A stretch of DNA of 64,000 bases from Cenarchaeum sp. (GTDB taxonomy: Archaea; Thermoproteota; Nitrososphaeria; Nitrososphaerales; Nitrosopumilaceae), in assembly GCA_963692915.1 (NCBI GenBank), contig OY843584.1, positions 1,536,001 through 1,600,000 on the forward strand, given 5' to 3'. How positions within the stretch are numbered: the stretch's first letter is position 1; every line of letters starts with the position of its first letter. This document shows positions 40,221-50,392 of the stretch, one piece after another. Both the position numbers and the translations under genes were made by a program. The notes below the pieces were generated by a model. That model was not told the origin of the DNA. It saw only the letters and a list, made by a program, of their open reading frames with translations, and ran no database searches.

Positions 40221-41456
40221 TTACTGGTATGCAAGCAGTGCACATCTGCTGATTCTTGGCGCATTTACTTGAAAACCGTGCTCTGCCCATTCCCAGATCC
40301 CATTGTCCATTATCCGGTCTATAATCCAACTACGTGGTTCTCTTTTGGAGATTATTTGTGATATTGCCCCGATGACACGTTGCATACCGGGATTCTTGGG
40401 TGGACTCCACGTGGGCGGCCCAGTCTGATCAAATACATCAGGCATTTGCCTGCTTGGCTCTTTCACTGACAATGTCATGCCAAATTTACGGTTAGTTTTC
40501 GGCTCTGTGTCTGTTGCAACAAATTTATAATCGTCTACTATGCCCCATTTGTCCACATCGAACTCTCGCTCAACATTGATCCATTTGGAGCCCTCACGGA
40601 GAGACAATGCCGATTCTTGGTTTAGAAGTTTGATCTGGTTTTTTGGCATGTTGATATCGACCACTGCGGCCAACCATGGGATTCCGGGCATTGGCATTGG
40701 CTCGTGTGCAGATAACGCTGTATACTGTAAATTAGCGTGAGTGCGTCCATACACGTTATTTACAAGTCGTCTATATACCTCTAAATCACATACTGCGTGC
40801 GTCATGAAAATTCCGTCCATGTGGAAATTTTGATCCAACACGTCAATTATAGTTTTTGCTGCGTGTCCTCTTTCAAGATCCAGGTGTCCTTGGTAGTTGC
40901 CCATTCCAAATATGGCCTTGAACGCTGCATAACGACGGCTCTCATTGAGCCTATTTATCAACTCTTCACAACCGCATACATGTGGGCTAATTATGTCACT
41001 TATACGATCACTGTTTTTAACTGACACTCTGTGGCTAAATCTGTCGTGTTGTGGTGCAATCTGATCATATTGTTCTCCTCTGTGTAAGCTTGATGCCATT
41101 TTTGGAATGTATTCCTTTAACTGTTCTTCGTAACTCGATTTAAACAATCTTTCGACAGGCGAGCGCTCTCTATTTGACCAGGTACATGCCATGTTTGCTA
41201 GACGTATATAGTCTGTATATGTCTCATTATTTGGGTTTAGAGCATTCCACTCGCCATTGGTATTTTTGGGACGTTTTAGCGTCTCTTCATATATGTGATT
41301 CAAGGGTGGTTCAAACCGGATATTGTTGGGCGATCTATTCCAGTTATGTGTCGTCTGCCCACATTGACGGCCGGGATCTATGTTTGCCAACAACGTCATG
41401 TCTGTGCCATGGCCACCGTAGATCAGTCGATTGTCTACGACCCTGATCTCTGTCAT
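40221..41456 (-). CDS. Hypothetical protein (411 aa, AT-rich)
   Basis: Long ORF with TTTATAAA box upstream; no family recognised. Confidence 0.75.
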   Translation of the reverse strand: MTEIRVVDNRLIYGGHGTDMTLLANIDPGRQCGQTTHNWNRSPNNIRFEPPLNHIYEETLKRPKNTNGEWNALNPNNETYTDYIRLANMACTWSNRERSPVERLFKSSYEEQLKEYIPKMASSLHRGEQYDQIAPQHDRFSHRVSVKNSDRISDIISPHVCGCEELINRLNESRRYAAFKAIFGMGNYQGHLDLERGHAAKTIIDVLDQNFHMDGIFMTHAVCDLEVYRRLVNNVYGRTHANLQYTALSAHEPMPMPGIPWLAAVVDINMPKNQIKLLNQESALSLREGSKWINVEREFDVDKWGIVDDYKFVATDTEPKTNRKFGMTLSVKEPSRQMPDVFDQTGPPTWSPPKNPGMQRVIGAISQIISKREPRSWIIDRIMDNGIWEWAEHGFQVNAPRISRCALLAYQ

Positions 41457-41505
41457 ACTGTGCGTTTGTCATGTTTTACTTTATAAATCTGATGACTCGA
41501 TCTAC

Positions 41506-41730
41506 GCATGAGATCAGCACCTGGATCGCAAGCATGGCTTTCTCGGCCATGCCCTTTCCCATGGCCTTCCACGTCGGGAATCACGTCAGGTGGGTTGACA
41601 TGCGTCTAGCAGTGGCAGCGCCACCCCTGATCTATTAGCTCACCTTGCGGCGAACAACTGCGCTGTGCAATGCCTCCCCGGCGACGTTGCTCATGGGCTT
41701 GACGTCATCATGTACAGAGCCTGAACGGCT
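41506..41730 (-). pseudogene. IS66-family transposase 3' remnant with terminal inverted repeat
   Basis: Minus-strand translation HDDVKPMSNVAGEALHSAVVRRKVS**IRGG...LT*FPTWKAMGK matches the IS66 PTNN.AERALR..V..RK C-terminus; degenerate TIR gcatgagatcagcacc at 41506. Confidence 0.75.
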
Positions 41731-41900
41731 GGAGAGGCATGGCAGGCCTGCCCGGCCACGTCGCATATTGACTTTCCATTCCGTCATTGTGGCGATCCTA
41801 CAGGCAATGCCGGGACGTCCTCTGCCGCACGTCGGCACATACTAGTGGACAGGCCAAGATCGGGTGATGACATATATAGTCAGAGCCGTCATTGCTCCGC

Positions 41901-42143
41901 ATGGGAAAAGGTAACAGAGGACATAGTGCTGCGAACAATCGTTCCAACTCTATGAACCCAAACAACCCAGCATACGCTGCTTCGCAGACAAATACTGCAA
42001 GTCAAATAGCGTCCTCGCGCGGACCCGGCGGCATAAAGGCGTCAAATAACGAAAGTGCGGATTCCCAGAATCCAAACAACGCCAAGCATGCGGCATCTGA
42101 GGCAAATCGTGCCCGGCAAATGTCAGAGAACAGCGAAGATTAG
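41901..42143 (+). CDS. Asn/Ser/Ala-rich NPNN-repeat mini-protein, copy 1
   Basis: NNRSNSMNPNNPAYAASQ...SQNPNNAKHAASEANRA; TATATA box upstream. Confidence 0.8.
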   Translation: MGKGNRGHSAANNRSNSMNPNNPAYAASQTNTASQIASSRGPGGIKASNNESADSQNPNNAKHAASEANRARQMSENSED

Positions 42144-42171
42144 AGTTTAGGCAAATATAGAAAGCTTCGTA

Positions 42172-42208
42172 GGTCGATCTGAGACGACCAACTATTTTTT
42201 TATTTTTT
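42172..42208 (+). terminator. Hairpin plus T-tract terminator (homologous signal at ~56978-57016)
   Basis: ggtcg...cgacc followed by tttttttatttttt; the second copy has tggtcgg...ccggcca + T9. Confidence 0.55.
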
Positions 42209-42926
42209 CAAAGACTTGTCATTAAATGAGCCTAGCGCAGAGACTTGAATTGCCCTGTGACAGAAAACCGCCACTATCGACCCAGGTGGAGTGTCTGTGG
42301 CTGCCCCGTAAATTCTGCAAGATCGGCATACTGCGGCGTCTCTTGAGCACACTATCTGACACATGACGAGCTATGGCGTTATTCTGTCTGGCAGCTTTGT
42401 GCGTTATGGTACAGGGCAATGAGTGAAAGCTCGGTCATCTGCGTGTCTTGTCTGCACGATAGGGCGTGTCTGTGATCTGCTCCTTTGTCGAGATGAGGGT
42501 GTGCTCAATTACATTGCGTCTCTGGCACTCCACCGTAAAGAATCTACAGTCACCGTAGTATCAGCACAACATGTCACCCATAATGCCAAGATCATGAATG
42601 GCCGCTGGATCCTGACGTAATCCTTGACATATTGGAGTCTTGCCGGTGTGTCAGCACACACACCGGTGACACATTCTTTGCCTCAAAAGCGACATACTCT
42701 TCAGATCTGCCGTTCTCTGACCGTAACGATGTGAGCTCCACCCACCGCCCTAATCCACTCTGTCGCTGCTAGCATAGTATCTGCTAGTTCCTAGCATATG
42801 GAGCACTTCTTTCCAGTCCTTGCCGCTCCCATTCATTTGCATGGTTCAATCTTGTCCTCTGGTATGACCGGTGAACGCGCATAATGCGACATCCAGAGTT
42901 CTTGTGTTGAACACTGTCTCCTGGCT

Positions 42927-42982
42927 TGGGGAAGAGCGTGGTCGCGGAGGTCATGCGCGTGGTCTAGGTGTTGGCCTCACAC
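42927..42982 (+). mobile_element. IS66-derived right-end remnant
   Basis: ggggaagagcgtggtcgcggaggtcatgcgcgtggtctaggtgttggcctcacac, homologous to the other right ends (GKSVV.EVMR.V* + TIR). Confidence 0.75.
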
Positions 42983-43094
42983 GCCAATCAGCAGAAAAGA
43001 CCCATATATGACAGACGTCCATGCGGGTGCCCATGGGAGCACATTTCAGGGACAAGTCAGTGCTAGAAAGGAGTCGTCACAGGCGGGGTTGCCC

Positions 43095-44267
43095 ATGACG
43101 ACCAGTCACGAGCCAGTCACTGCCCGTATTGCAGAGAGTAGCTGGCGCCTAAAGGCTCTGATTGACCAGGTGTATTACTGGTACATGAACCAGGGACTGC
43201 GCATGGATAGCCAGGGCGGAACAGGCACGCTGTACTTTCCCCCGTCGACTGAGGAGGTTCTCAGGTATGTGCGATATTTTGTTCTAGAGCTGCAGGACTT
43301 TGTCGGCCTGTATGAGCGTAACTTTGACACTATAATGTCAAGGCAGCTGTATCCAGATCCGCAAAAGTTATACACAATTCTTGAGGGACAGCACGACACT
43401 GCCAGGTTTGTGAGGGATCTGGGTCGTGATCTGGGCACAGGTTCTGCAATTGCGTTGGACGATATGGCCTCAAGGGTGAATACAAAGAGGTTTGAGGACA
43501 TTTTGATCTACACTAGACTAGTTATAGAGTTTCAGGATGAAATAATAAAGAGTGATAAAGGAAGTCCAATCGAAATGAGCGTTGATTTGTGGGATAAAAT
43601 CCTGGCTCAGTTGAGCCCTAGAACCGACAGCGATGCGAGTGAGTTGACAATGAGATATCGTGATATGTCAGTTTTGATCGATGTAGAGCCACACATTGGG
43701 ACATACAGCAACATGTACCGGCTATGTAAAGGAATGATGATGCTGCAAGATATGCTAAATCGTAGCATTGTGGAATTCAAAAATAATCCAATGGGCAAAG
43801 TTATGCCTTTAACTGTCGCAGGATATATGATAAAATACATGATTATTGATCTGCGCAATTTTCTAGAATTGTGCAACAAGCTAGAATTGAGCCCGAGCAT
43901 TGGTTTTTCCTCAAGGTATGAAACATATCGCGAATTGCAAGACCAATGGTCTGCAAATATCGATGCAAAAGAGGGTTCAAGCATGAGACGACTGCTTTAC
44001 GAACGCCCCACAATTATCAGCTATATTTGTGATGACATAGACGAAGCTAGGCTAATCATGTCTCGCATAGATGGGGAATTTATGGGCAAGTGCGCAATTC
44101 CTGACAGCCCCGTTTATGAACCCAATTTTGCAGCCATTGACACAAGACTCAATTCGGCACGTAAGAAAGTTATCTGCCGTCCCCGTGCCAAACCCGAAAA
44201 CGACGAACAAGCAGAGGAGCTCATGACTAAGCTGAAAAAAATTGTCAGTGGAGGTTTGGATGAATGA
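43095..44267 (+). CDS. Paralogue of the double-HEPN-like protein lacking both Rx4-6H motifs
   Basis: STEEVLRYVRYFVLEL and MIKYMIIDLRNF...RYETYRELQDQWSAN align with 36114-37316; start may be 43008. Confidence 0.7.
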   Translation: MTTSHEPVTARIAESSWRLKALIDQVYYWYMNQGLRMDSQGGTGTLYFPPSTEEVLRYVRYFVLELQDFVGLYERNFDTIMSRQLYPDPQKLYTILEGQHDTARFVRDLGRDLGTGSAIALDDMASRVNTKRFEDILIYTRLVIEFQDEIIKSDKGSPIEMSVDLWDKILAQLSPRTDSDASELTMRYRDMSVLIDVEPHIGTYSNMYRLCKGMMMLQDMLNRSIVEFKNNPMGKVMPLTVAGYMIKYMIIDLRNFLELCNKLELSPSIGFSSRYETYRELQDQWSANIDAKEGSSMRRLLYERPTIISYICDDIDEARLIMSRIDGEFMGKCAIPDSPVYEPNFAAIDTRLNSARKKVICRPRAKPENDEQAEELMTKLKKIVSGGLDE

Positions 44268-45112
44268 CTGATATGGACGACTCGCACAGTGCAAAGACCG
44301 AGCAGATATCCGTAAACAGCGGTGACACTCCGTACACAACATATGAGCTAAGGGTGGACAGCCTGGCTCGCAAATACGCAAAAAACAAGTACCGTCTCGT
44401 GGATTACGCGCAAGAGATGTATGATGTGCGTGCACTGAGGCGTCCACGGCGTGCCGATTACAGGCTAGAGGGCGTGGTATGCACGCAAGAGGCCGATCAT
44501 CCGTCGTTCATGCCAGGAGATCTTGCACCGCCGGATCGCAGCATGGATAGTTCTGACTCTGTCTTGTCTGATAACGACCCTTCAGCACCATATAGCACAT
44601 TGGCACCACCTATACCCAAAAAAGACGAGGAGGGTGCGCGAGTTGTGCTTATTGAACGGCTGGCACAGTTCATAAACTATCTTGCCGAAAAAGGTGTGAT
44701 GGATGACACGCTGGTGAACACGTTTGATAAACGCCACAAGTTGCAAAAATACGTGTATATTGCCCAAAAGCTCGGGATCCGTATAGGATACGAATTTGAT
44801 TTTTTGGAAAACGGCGCATTCTCATCAGATCTGGGAATCGATATTTATGATTGTGATCCGAACGGCACACATTTGGAGGCGTTAAATCTTAGGACGAACG
44901 TGTCAGACGTGTTTATTAAAATGGTTCTCGGGAGAAGCACACGGTGGCTTCAGGTGGCAACATTTGTCCTGCAAGATCGTGAAATGACCACTAGCGCTGA
45001 ATTTGCGAGGGATGTGGTGCAGGGGACAATAGTATATGATCCTGGACTAGTCGATAGTGTCATTAAAAAAGTTCGTGCATATATGAGGAGTCTGGAGGGA
45101 ACTGAACAATGA
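44264..45112 (+). CDS. N-terminally extended YwgA/SocA(Panacea)-like protein, paralogue 2 of 3
   Basis: TFDKRHKLQKYVYIAQKLG..IGYEFDFLENGAFSSDLGIDIYD...RWLQVATF; ATGA overlaps on both sides. Confidence 0.65.
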   Translation: MTDMDDSHSAKTEQISVNSGDTPYTTYELRVDSLARKYAKNKYRLVDYAQEMYDVRALRRPRRADYRLEGVVCTQEADHPSFMPGDLAPPDRSMDSSDSVLSDNDPSAPYSTLAPPIPKKDEEGARVVLIERLAQFINYLAEKGVMDDTLVNTFDKRHKLQKYVYIAQKLGIRIGYEFDFLENGAFSSDLGIDIYDCDPNGTHLEALNLRTNVSDVFIKMVLGRSTRWLQVATFVLQDREMTTSAEFARDVVQGTIVYDPGLVDSVIKKVRAYMRSLEGTEQ

Positions 45113-45675
45113 GTGCAAGCTCAGCAGACGAACTTGAGCTCCAACATCAACATGTGGATTCATTTTTTGTAATTTGTCTATCGGGAGTCATTATCTTAGC
45201 TCTATTATTGAGCACACAGGGTGCAGCGCTCCTCAGCTTTGTAATTGGTGTACCTCCGTTGGTGTTTATGATATATGTTGTTCTGTCATCAAAAAAGGCA
45301 AATAAGGCAAAAAAGGTTGAGGAAGCGAACGAAATAAACGCAATTAAAAAGCACTTGGAACAATGCGAGAAAACCCTTCAAATCATGGACATTACATTAA
45401 AAAATACTCCTGCAGACTATCGCATGTACATGGCATTGAATCACCTTGCCGACGTAATCATCCTGTTTACTTCACAATATAGACGGTACATTGATGAAAA
45501 TGCAGCAAACGCCGCGCTAGATGCAGAAATGATAATCATAACGGCTGAGATTACACGAGATCGCAGTCTTCAAAGCTATATTGCCCCAATTGGAGACTAT
45601 GTCAGGGTCATAAAAGACGGCGTGCTCACGGTGAACTCTTCGTCGCTAAGCGTCAGGCGGACAGTGTCAGTATAG
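45109..45675 (+). CDS. Membrane protein (2 N-terminal TM helices + helical soluble domain)
   Basis: Hydrophobic segments at residues ~19-60; third gene of an ATGA-coupled operon. Confidence 0.75.
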   Translation: MSASSADELELQHQHVDSFFVICLSGVIILALLLSTQGAALLSFVIGVPPLVFMIYVVLSSKKANKAKKVEEANEINAIKKHLEQCEKTLQIMDITLKNTPADYRMYMALNHLADVIILFTSQYRRYIDENAANAALDAEMIIITAEITRDRSLQSYIAPIGDYVRVIKDGVLTVNSSSLSVRRTVSV

Positions 45676-45716
45676 GCAACCACAAGGCATTCTCAAACCC
45701 AACTTACAGATATAAT

Positions 45717-47240
45717 TCACGTGCGCAAAGGCTGGCTGATTGCACGATCAAGCGATTCCTTGGCCTCTTTGTGAAGGCCAAGGTTGAGGAGTGCAGTACC
45801 GCGCCCAAAATGTGCCGCCTGTTGGTCAGAATCCAGCGAGAGGGCAAGCTCAAAGGCGCTGAGGGCCTCTTTGTGGCGTTTGAGGTTGAGGAGGGCGGTG
45901 CCACGGTTGCTGTGCATGTCGGCCCAACCGGGGTCTAGCTTGACAACTCTGTCAAGGGAGACGAGGGCTTCCTCGTGTCGCCCGAGGTTGAGGAGGGCGG
46001 TGCCGCGGCTGCTGTGCATGTTAATGTTGTTGGGATCCAGCTTTACGGCAGCGTCAAATGACCTGATGGCGTCTTCATTGCTGCCGAGGTTGAGAAGGGC
46101 GTAAGCACGTCCAAAGTGGGCAGATGGCGTCTCGTGGGTAATTGATATTGCGCGATCAAAGGCATCGAGGGCTTCCTCGTGTCGCCCGAGGTTGAGGAGG
46201 GCGGTGCCGCGGCTGCTGTGCACATCAGCCATATCGAGATTCGCCGCGATGACCCTGTCGGGATTCGCCTCGATGATCTTGTTGAGGGCGTCGAGGGCAT
46301 ACTCATGGGAGCCGAGGTTGAGGAGAGCATGAGCACGTCCAAAGTGGGCCTGTAAGGCGTCGGGGTCGAGCAATATTGTGCGATCAAAGGCGTCAAGCGC
46401 ATCGACGTTACGACCAAGCGCAAGCAGGGCATTGCCTCCAATGATAGACTTGTCGTCTGAATCCTGCTCTGATGCGGGGGTGGGGGTGGCCAGTGTTTCG
46501 GCGTTATGGCCAAGTGTGCGCAGGACTTCATTTTTTCGGTTATGCATATCAATGTTGTCTGGATCAAGCTTGGTCGCCTGTTCAAAAGCACCAAGGGCCT
46601 CGCTGTGATGACCCATTGCATTCAGGACTATGCCCACGTTGTTATGCGCAGAGGCGTTTTCAGGCTGCAGTTCGGCAACGTGTTTAAAATGGACAAGCGC
46701 CTCTTGATGACGACTCAGGGCAGACAGGGCATGACCCACATTACTGCGTGCTGTCGCATTGTCGGGCTGCCGCTTGGCAGCTTGCTTAAATGCTTCAAGC
46801 GCATCACTGTGTTTGCCAAGCACGTACAAAAGACGTCCATAGTCGTTATGAGCAGTCGCATTTTCAGGATCTATGCTGACGGCCTGTCTAAATGCTTCAA
46901 GCGCCTCCTCGTTGCGCCTCAGAACGCGTAGCAGATAACCCATACTGCGGCATGTCTCGGCGTTTTTGAGGTCAAGTTTCCTGGCCTGTCTAAATGCTTC
47001 AAGCGCCTCCTCGTTGCGCCTCAGAACGCGCAGCGCATTGCCCATACCGGCGTATGCGTCGGCGTTTTTGGGGTCAATCTCCACGGCTCGCTTGAACCTA
47101 ACCAGGGCCTCTTTGTGGCGGCCGTTCTTTGACATTGCAAGGCCTTGCTCGTAGTGGGCTTTTGAGCTGCCATTGTTCGCGGCGACTGCGGCAATAAGTC
47201 CAACAAGAGCGGCGCCGACCAACAGTGCCCCAACAGCCAT
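45717..47240 (-). CDS. Membrane-anchored TPR protein with recently duplicated repeats
   Basis: N-terminal GALLVGAALVGLIAAV; TPRs, several near-identical at DNA level (HSSRGTALLNLGRHEEAL x2, LRVLRRNEEALEAFRQA x2). Confidence 0.92.
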   Translation of the reverse strand: MAVGALLVGAALVGLIAAVAANNGSSKAHYEQGLAMSKNGRHKEALVRFKRAVEIDPKNADAYAGMGNALRVLRRNEEALEAFRQARKLDLKNAETCRSMGYLLRVLRRNEEALEAFRQAVSIDPENATAHNDYGRLLYVLGKHSDALEAFKQAAKRQPDNATARSNVGHALSALSRHQEALVHFKHVAELQPENASAHNNVGIVLNAMGHHSEALGAFEQATKLDPDNIDMHNRKNEVLRTLGHNAETLATPTPASEQDSDDKSIIGGNALLALGRNVDALDAFDRTILLDPDALQAHFGRAHALLNLGSHEYALDALNKIIEANPDRVIAANLDMADVHSSRGTALLNLGRHEEALDAFDRAISITHETPSAHFGRAYALLNLGSNEDAIRSFDAAVKLDPNNINMHSSRGTALLNLGRHEEALVSLDRVVKLDPGWADMHSNRGTALLNLKRHKEALSAFELALSLDSDQQAAHFGRGTALLNLGLHKEAKESLDRAISQPLRT

Positions 47241-47292
47241 AGGCCGTTAGTGCCATTAACTAGATTTAAACTTGTCGTAGTTTTTAGGCACG

Positions 47293-47345
47293 TGTTTTAT
47301 ACGGAAAGTGGGGACGTTGCCCACTCGTGCCTTCCTCTGTCCGCC
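47293..47345 (-). mobile_element. IS481-like right-end remnant
   Basis: tgttttatacggaaag..ggg....cc..tcgtg.ctt.c..gtcc.cc matches 54400-54449. Confidence 0.65.
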
Positions 47346-47804
47346 TCACCCGCCCGGGTCAACCTTGCCCTCTAGGCCGCACCACTTGATAAACATCTCT
47401 AGCCCATCGGACTCTAGATTATCGAGCTCGACAATGTGCTCCCTTTTCAGCAAGAGAATGCCCTCGTCCATGGCCGGCCGCATGTCGCTGGCCTCTGCCA
47501 TGGATATGTAGACGATGCGCACGTGATTGGAGCGCAGCAGCCCCAGATCTTTGGATATCCTGCCGGCGAGGTCTCGCGCATCCCACGTCCTCAGGTCCTT
47601 GCGCTTGCGGCGCCTCGTGTCCTTTTGCGCGTTCTCGGTGACCTCGACGAGAAACGTGGCACCGCCACACGTGAGCACGATGTCGATCTCTGTCTCCTCG
47701 CTGTCGTCTGCCCTGGGCAGAATGTGGTTCACTGCCTCGACGTGGAGACCCATGCCCTCTAGGAGTATCCTAATGTCGTTCTCTAGCTCGTTTCTTGGGC
47801 TCAT
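47346..47804 (-). CDS. Small PD-(D/E)xK-like protein, paralogue 4 of 4
   Basis: MSPRNELE...EETEIDIVLT...LVEVTENAQ...KRKDLRTW...SNHVRIVYIS; closest to 32496-32969. Confidence 0.8.
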   Translation of the reverse strand: MSPRNELENDIRILLEGMGLHVEAVNHILPRADDSEETEIDIVLTCGGATFLVEVTENAQKDTRRRKRKDLRTWDARDLAGRISKDLGLLRSNHVRIVYISMAEASDMRPAMDEGILLLKREHIVELDNLESDGLEMFIKWCGLEGKVDPGG

Positions 47805-48227
47805 ATGGCAGGCAGCCTCCATGATGACATGTATGGGGTGTGGTTCATGCTGGGATCCATGTGATCAGCAGACCTATCTCTGGCGCCGTGCCTGTCGGAG
47901 ATGCGCACAAGTACGTTCATCTGCAGGGCGTCGTGTGGGTTCCACATAAAAATAGTCCGCCGGTGGGTGGGCATGAGGTCAGCATCACTGACCGTTCATT
48001 CCTATTGTGACCATGGTGTGTCTGTTTTGACGTGTTTGTCACCTGCTGATATGACCATTTCGCGTGCTGCTTGCAATGGCAAAATCAATGCCTGACGCTC
48101 TTTAGCTAACACAGAGGATCGGGTATCACGTGGATGATTCAAAGCGGGAACAGAGTCAAAATCAGCTTTTGGACAGAGCGGCTCTGGACTGCTAGTAATC
48201 ATTGAATATTCTGGGGTTCACGGTTCC

Positions 48228-48806
48228 CTACCGTCCAAGCAAGACGATCCCCAAATCCCATAACTTGGACAGGGGTCGCTCACTACTAAATCTGGTTCTT
48301 ATGCATTGCAGCGTTCCAAGAAACGCCCTTTTCTCTATGTCATTATCAATGACCTCAGGCGGCAATCCACGTGAGCGTTGCCAGAGGGTTAGATCTTCGC
48401 CCTTGGGAGTTGTGCTATCCACCGCACGGGATCGGCTAGTTCTCTCCTTATTCACGCGGCAGGCTCGCAGATCTACAAACACCGGCGAGCCCTCCGCGAT
48501 TCCCTCGTCAAGAATGGTCTCGACGCACGCGCCAGGCTCATACACCTCGATCTCCCTTGACCCGTTCATGGTGTCAACTGACTCTAGTGCCATAAACGCG
48601 CCATTACTGACATCGCCCCAGTCCCTGCCGTCTCTGGTGTCACTTATACTGCTTACGCGCACAAGTTGCTCATCTTTTACGGTGACAATGTCGCCTTTGC
48701 AGATCTGCTGCTTGGCAGCCACTAGGCGTGGTTGCACGTAGATGCGATTGGCACGCTCGCAAACTTTGGCTCCAGGCACGTCATATTTGTTCGGTCTCTC
48801 ATCCAT
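48228..48806 (-). CDS. Hypothetical protein
   Basis: About 190-aa ORF, no recognised motif; start uncertain. Confidence 0.5.
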   Translation of the reverse strand: MDERPNKYDVPGAKVCERANRIYVQPRLVAAKQQICKGDIVTVKDEQLVRVSSISDTRDGRDWGDVSNGAFMALESVDTMNGSREIEVYEPGACVETILDEGIAEGSPVFVDLRACRVNKERTSRSRAVDSTTPKGEDLTLWQRSRGLPPEVIDNDIEKRAFLGTLQCIRTRFSSERPLSKLWDLGIVLLGR

Positions 48807-49157
48807 TGGGGGGGACTGGTCTATGAGGGTGGGACACCATGGGAATGTTGAGGACATGGGTGCGGTGTACAAGGGCATAATATTTGTGCCTTGTGCCGGG
48901 CATGGCCTTGTGCGGACAGTGGACTGGGCAGGAGCTCTGGCACGTTGACAGGACGCCGACGATCCTAATCACCATGGAGGTAAAGTGCGAGTGGGGATCT
49001 CGAGGGCGTGGCATGTGGCTTGCTCGCCTGCCGATGTCGGATCAGTGTGCGCTTGGTAAAAATTTCTGCCTATCCTACTGTTTATCCAAGGCACATGGGT
49101 AGAATGCTCCATAACTCTTAAATTTGAAGCGTTGTCGCAAGTGTCGAAGAAGGCGGG

Positions 49158-50096
49158 ATGAAAAAGAAGTCAACTTCAAACGACCAGCGAGGCGGCGCAG
49201 CAACCTTGAACAGCGTGTTTCAGGCATCTGCGGAAAACCTCTCCACCGATCTGGATCTGTCCGCCTCAAAGTACAGGTCAGCTATTGCAAATTGCTCCGA
49301 TTTGATGAACCAGAACAACCCGGCACGCGTGTACTCTGAGGAAACTCGATCCAACATGGCGAGCCAGAAACGTAAGACACGCCAGAAATCTGGATTAGGC
49401 CAAACAACCACCGCCCGTCCCAAGTCCGGGGTACGCCGTAAAGGCAGCAGAACTTCTACACCGTCACTCAAGACGGCTAGGAATGCCACTGAGAGCCCGA
49501 GAGAGAGTAGCGTGCACAGGCATGTGTTACCATCTGAGGGTGGCCTCGATGGCGGGCACGGCATTAGTGATTATGATGATGACGAGTTGTCAATTAAGCC
49601 CGCCGTAGAAACTGACACTTTTACCGACGTGCAAGATGTGAACAAAGAATTTGTTGTCGAAAAAAACCACGTGAGCGAAAGCTCACAATTATTTCCATCA
49701 ACCATGGTCGGCATAAAGTCGGCAATATGTGAGAATGGCCATGTTCTTGACAGTGCTGTCCGTGTAGAAAAAAAATATGATGATTTCTGTAACCAATGTG
49801 GTGCTAGTGTCTTTACAGAGTGCAAAGAATGTGGTTCGCCAATTAACGAAGAACGCATTAACTATATCACGTATGCTGCACTCATTCCGACTCACAAGAC
49901 ACCGCCTTACCATTGCTCCAAATGTGGCAAGTCTTTTCCATGGGACGGTGATATGCGTCGCGTTACGAAAAACACGTCAGTTATTCAGTTTGTCAAAAAA
50001 CACCCCACGCGAGTTTTTGTTGGTGTGGCTGCGGCTGCTGGATTCATAGTTAGCCTTCTGGCTAACGCTGCCCAGCTGCTTACTTTTTTCTCCTGA
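49158..50096 (+). CDS. DUF2321-like zinc-ribbon protein with disordered N-terminus and C-terminal TM
   Basis: AICENGH, FCNQCGA...CKECGSPI, PPYHCSKCGKSFPW. Confidence 0.75.
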   Translation: MKKKSTSNDQRGGAATLNSVFQASAENLSTDLDLSASKYRSAIANCSDLMNQNNPARVYSEETRSNMASQKRKTRQKSGLGQTTTARPKSGVRRKGSRTSTPSLKTARNATESPRESSVHRHVLPSEGGLDGGHGISDYDDDELSIKPAVETDTFTDVQDVNKEFVVEKNHVSESSQLFPSTMVGIKSAICENGHVLDSAVRVEKKYDDFCNQCGASVFTECKECGSPINEERINYITYAALIPTHKTPPYHCSKCGKSFPWDGDMRRVTKNTSVIQFVKKHPTRVFVGVAAAAGFIVSLLANAAQLLTFFS

Positions 50097-50183
50097 TCGT
50101 CGATTGTGGACATGGTTTATATCGGCTTTGTAATCCAATTTTATCGTGTGATCAAGCCAATAACACACTAATTTCTCTAGGTG

Positions 50184-50224
50184 TACAATGGTGTTGACAT
50201 ACAATGGTGTTGACATACAATGGT
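50184..50224. repeat. 2.5 copies of a 16-bp tandem repeat TACAATGGTGTTGACA
   Basis: Read directly from the sequence, intergenic. Confidence 0.85.
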
Positions 50225-50392
50225 CACATGACTTTTCTCTAAATTTGGTGTCCTAAACCACAAGGTCTTCTGATCATGGAACTAGACAGAATTTTGCGTC
50301 ACGTGATGATCCGAAACACCTGCTTGTGCTTATTCGTGGACGGCACCTCTGGGCTAATTACATAAATATCAGTCATCTTGAGGCAGATATTC

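Noticed and set aside
42220-42920. 700-bp gap with short ORFs and a possible decayed nuclease-like fragment (FFTVECQRR on the minus strand)
   Set aside because: Many stops and no convincing homology; left as probable pseudogene debris
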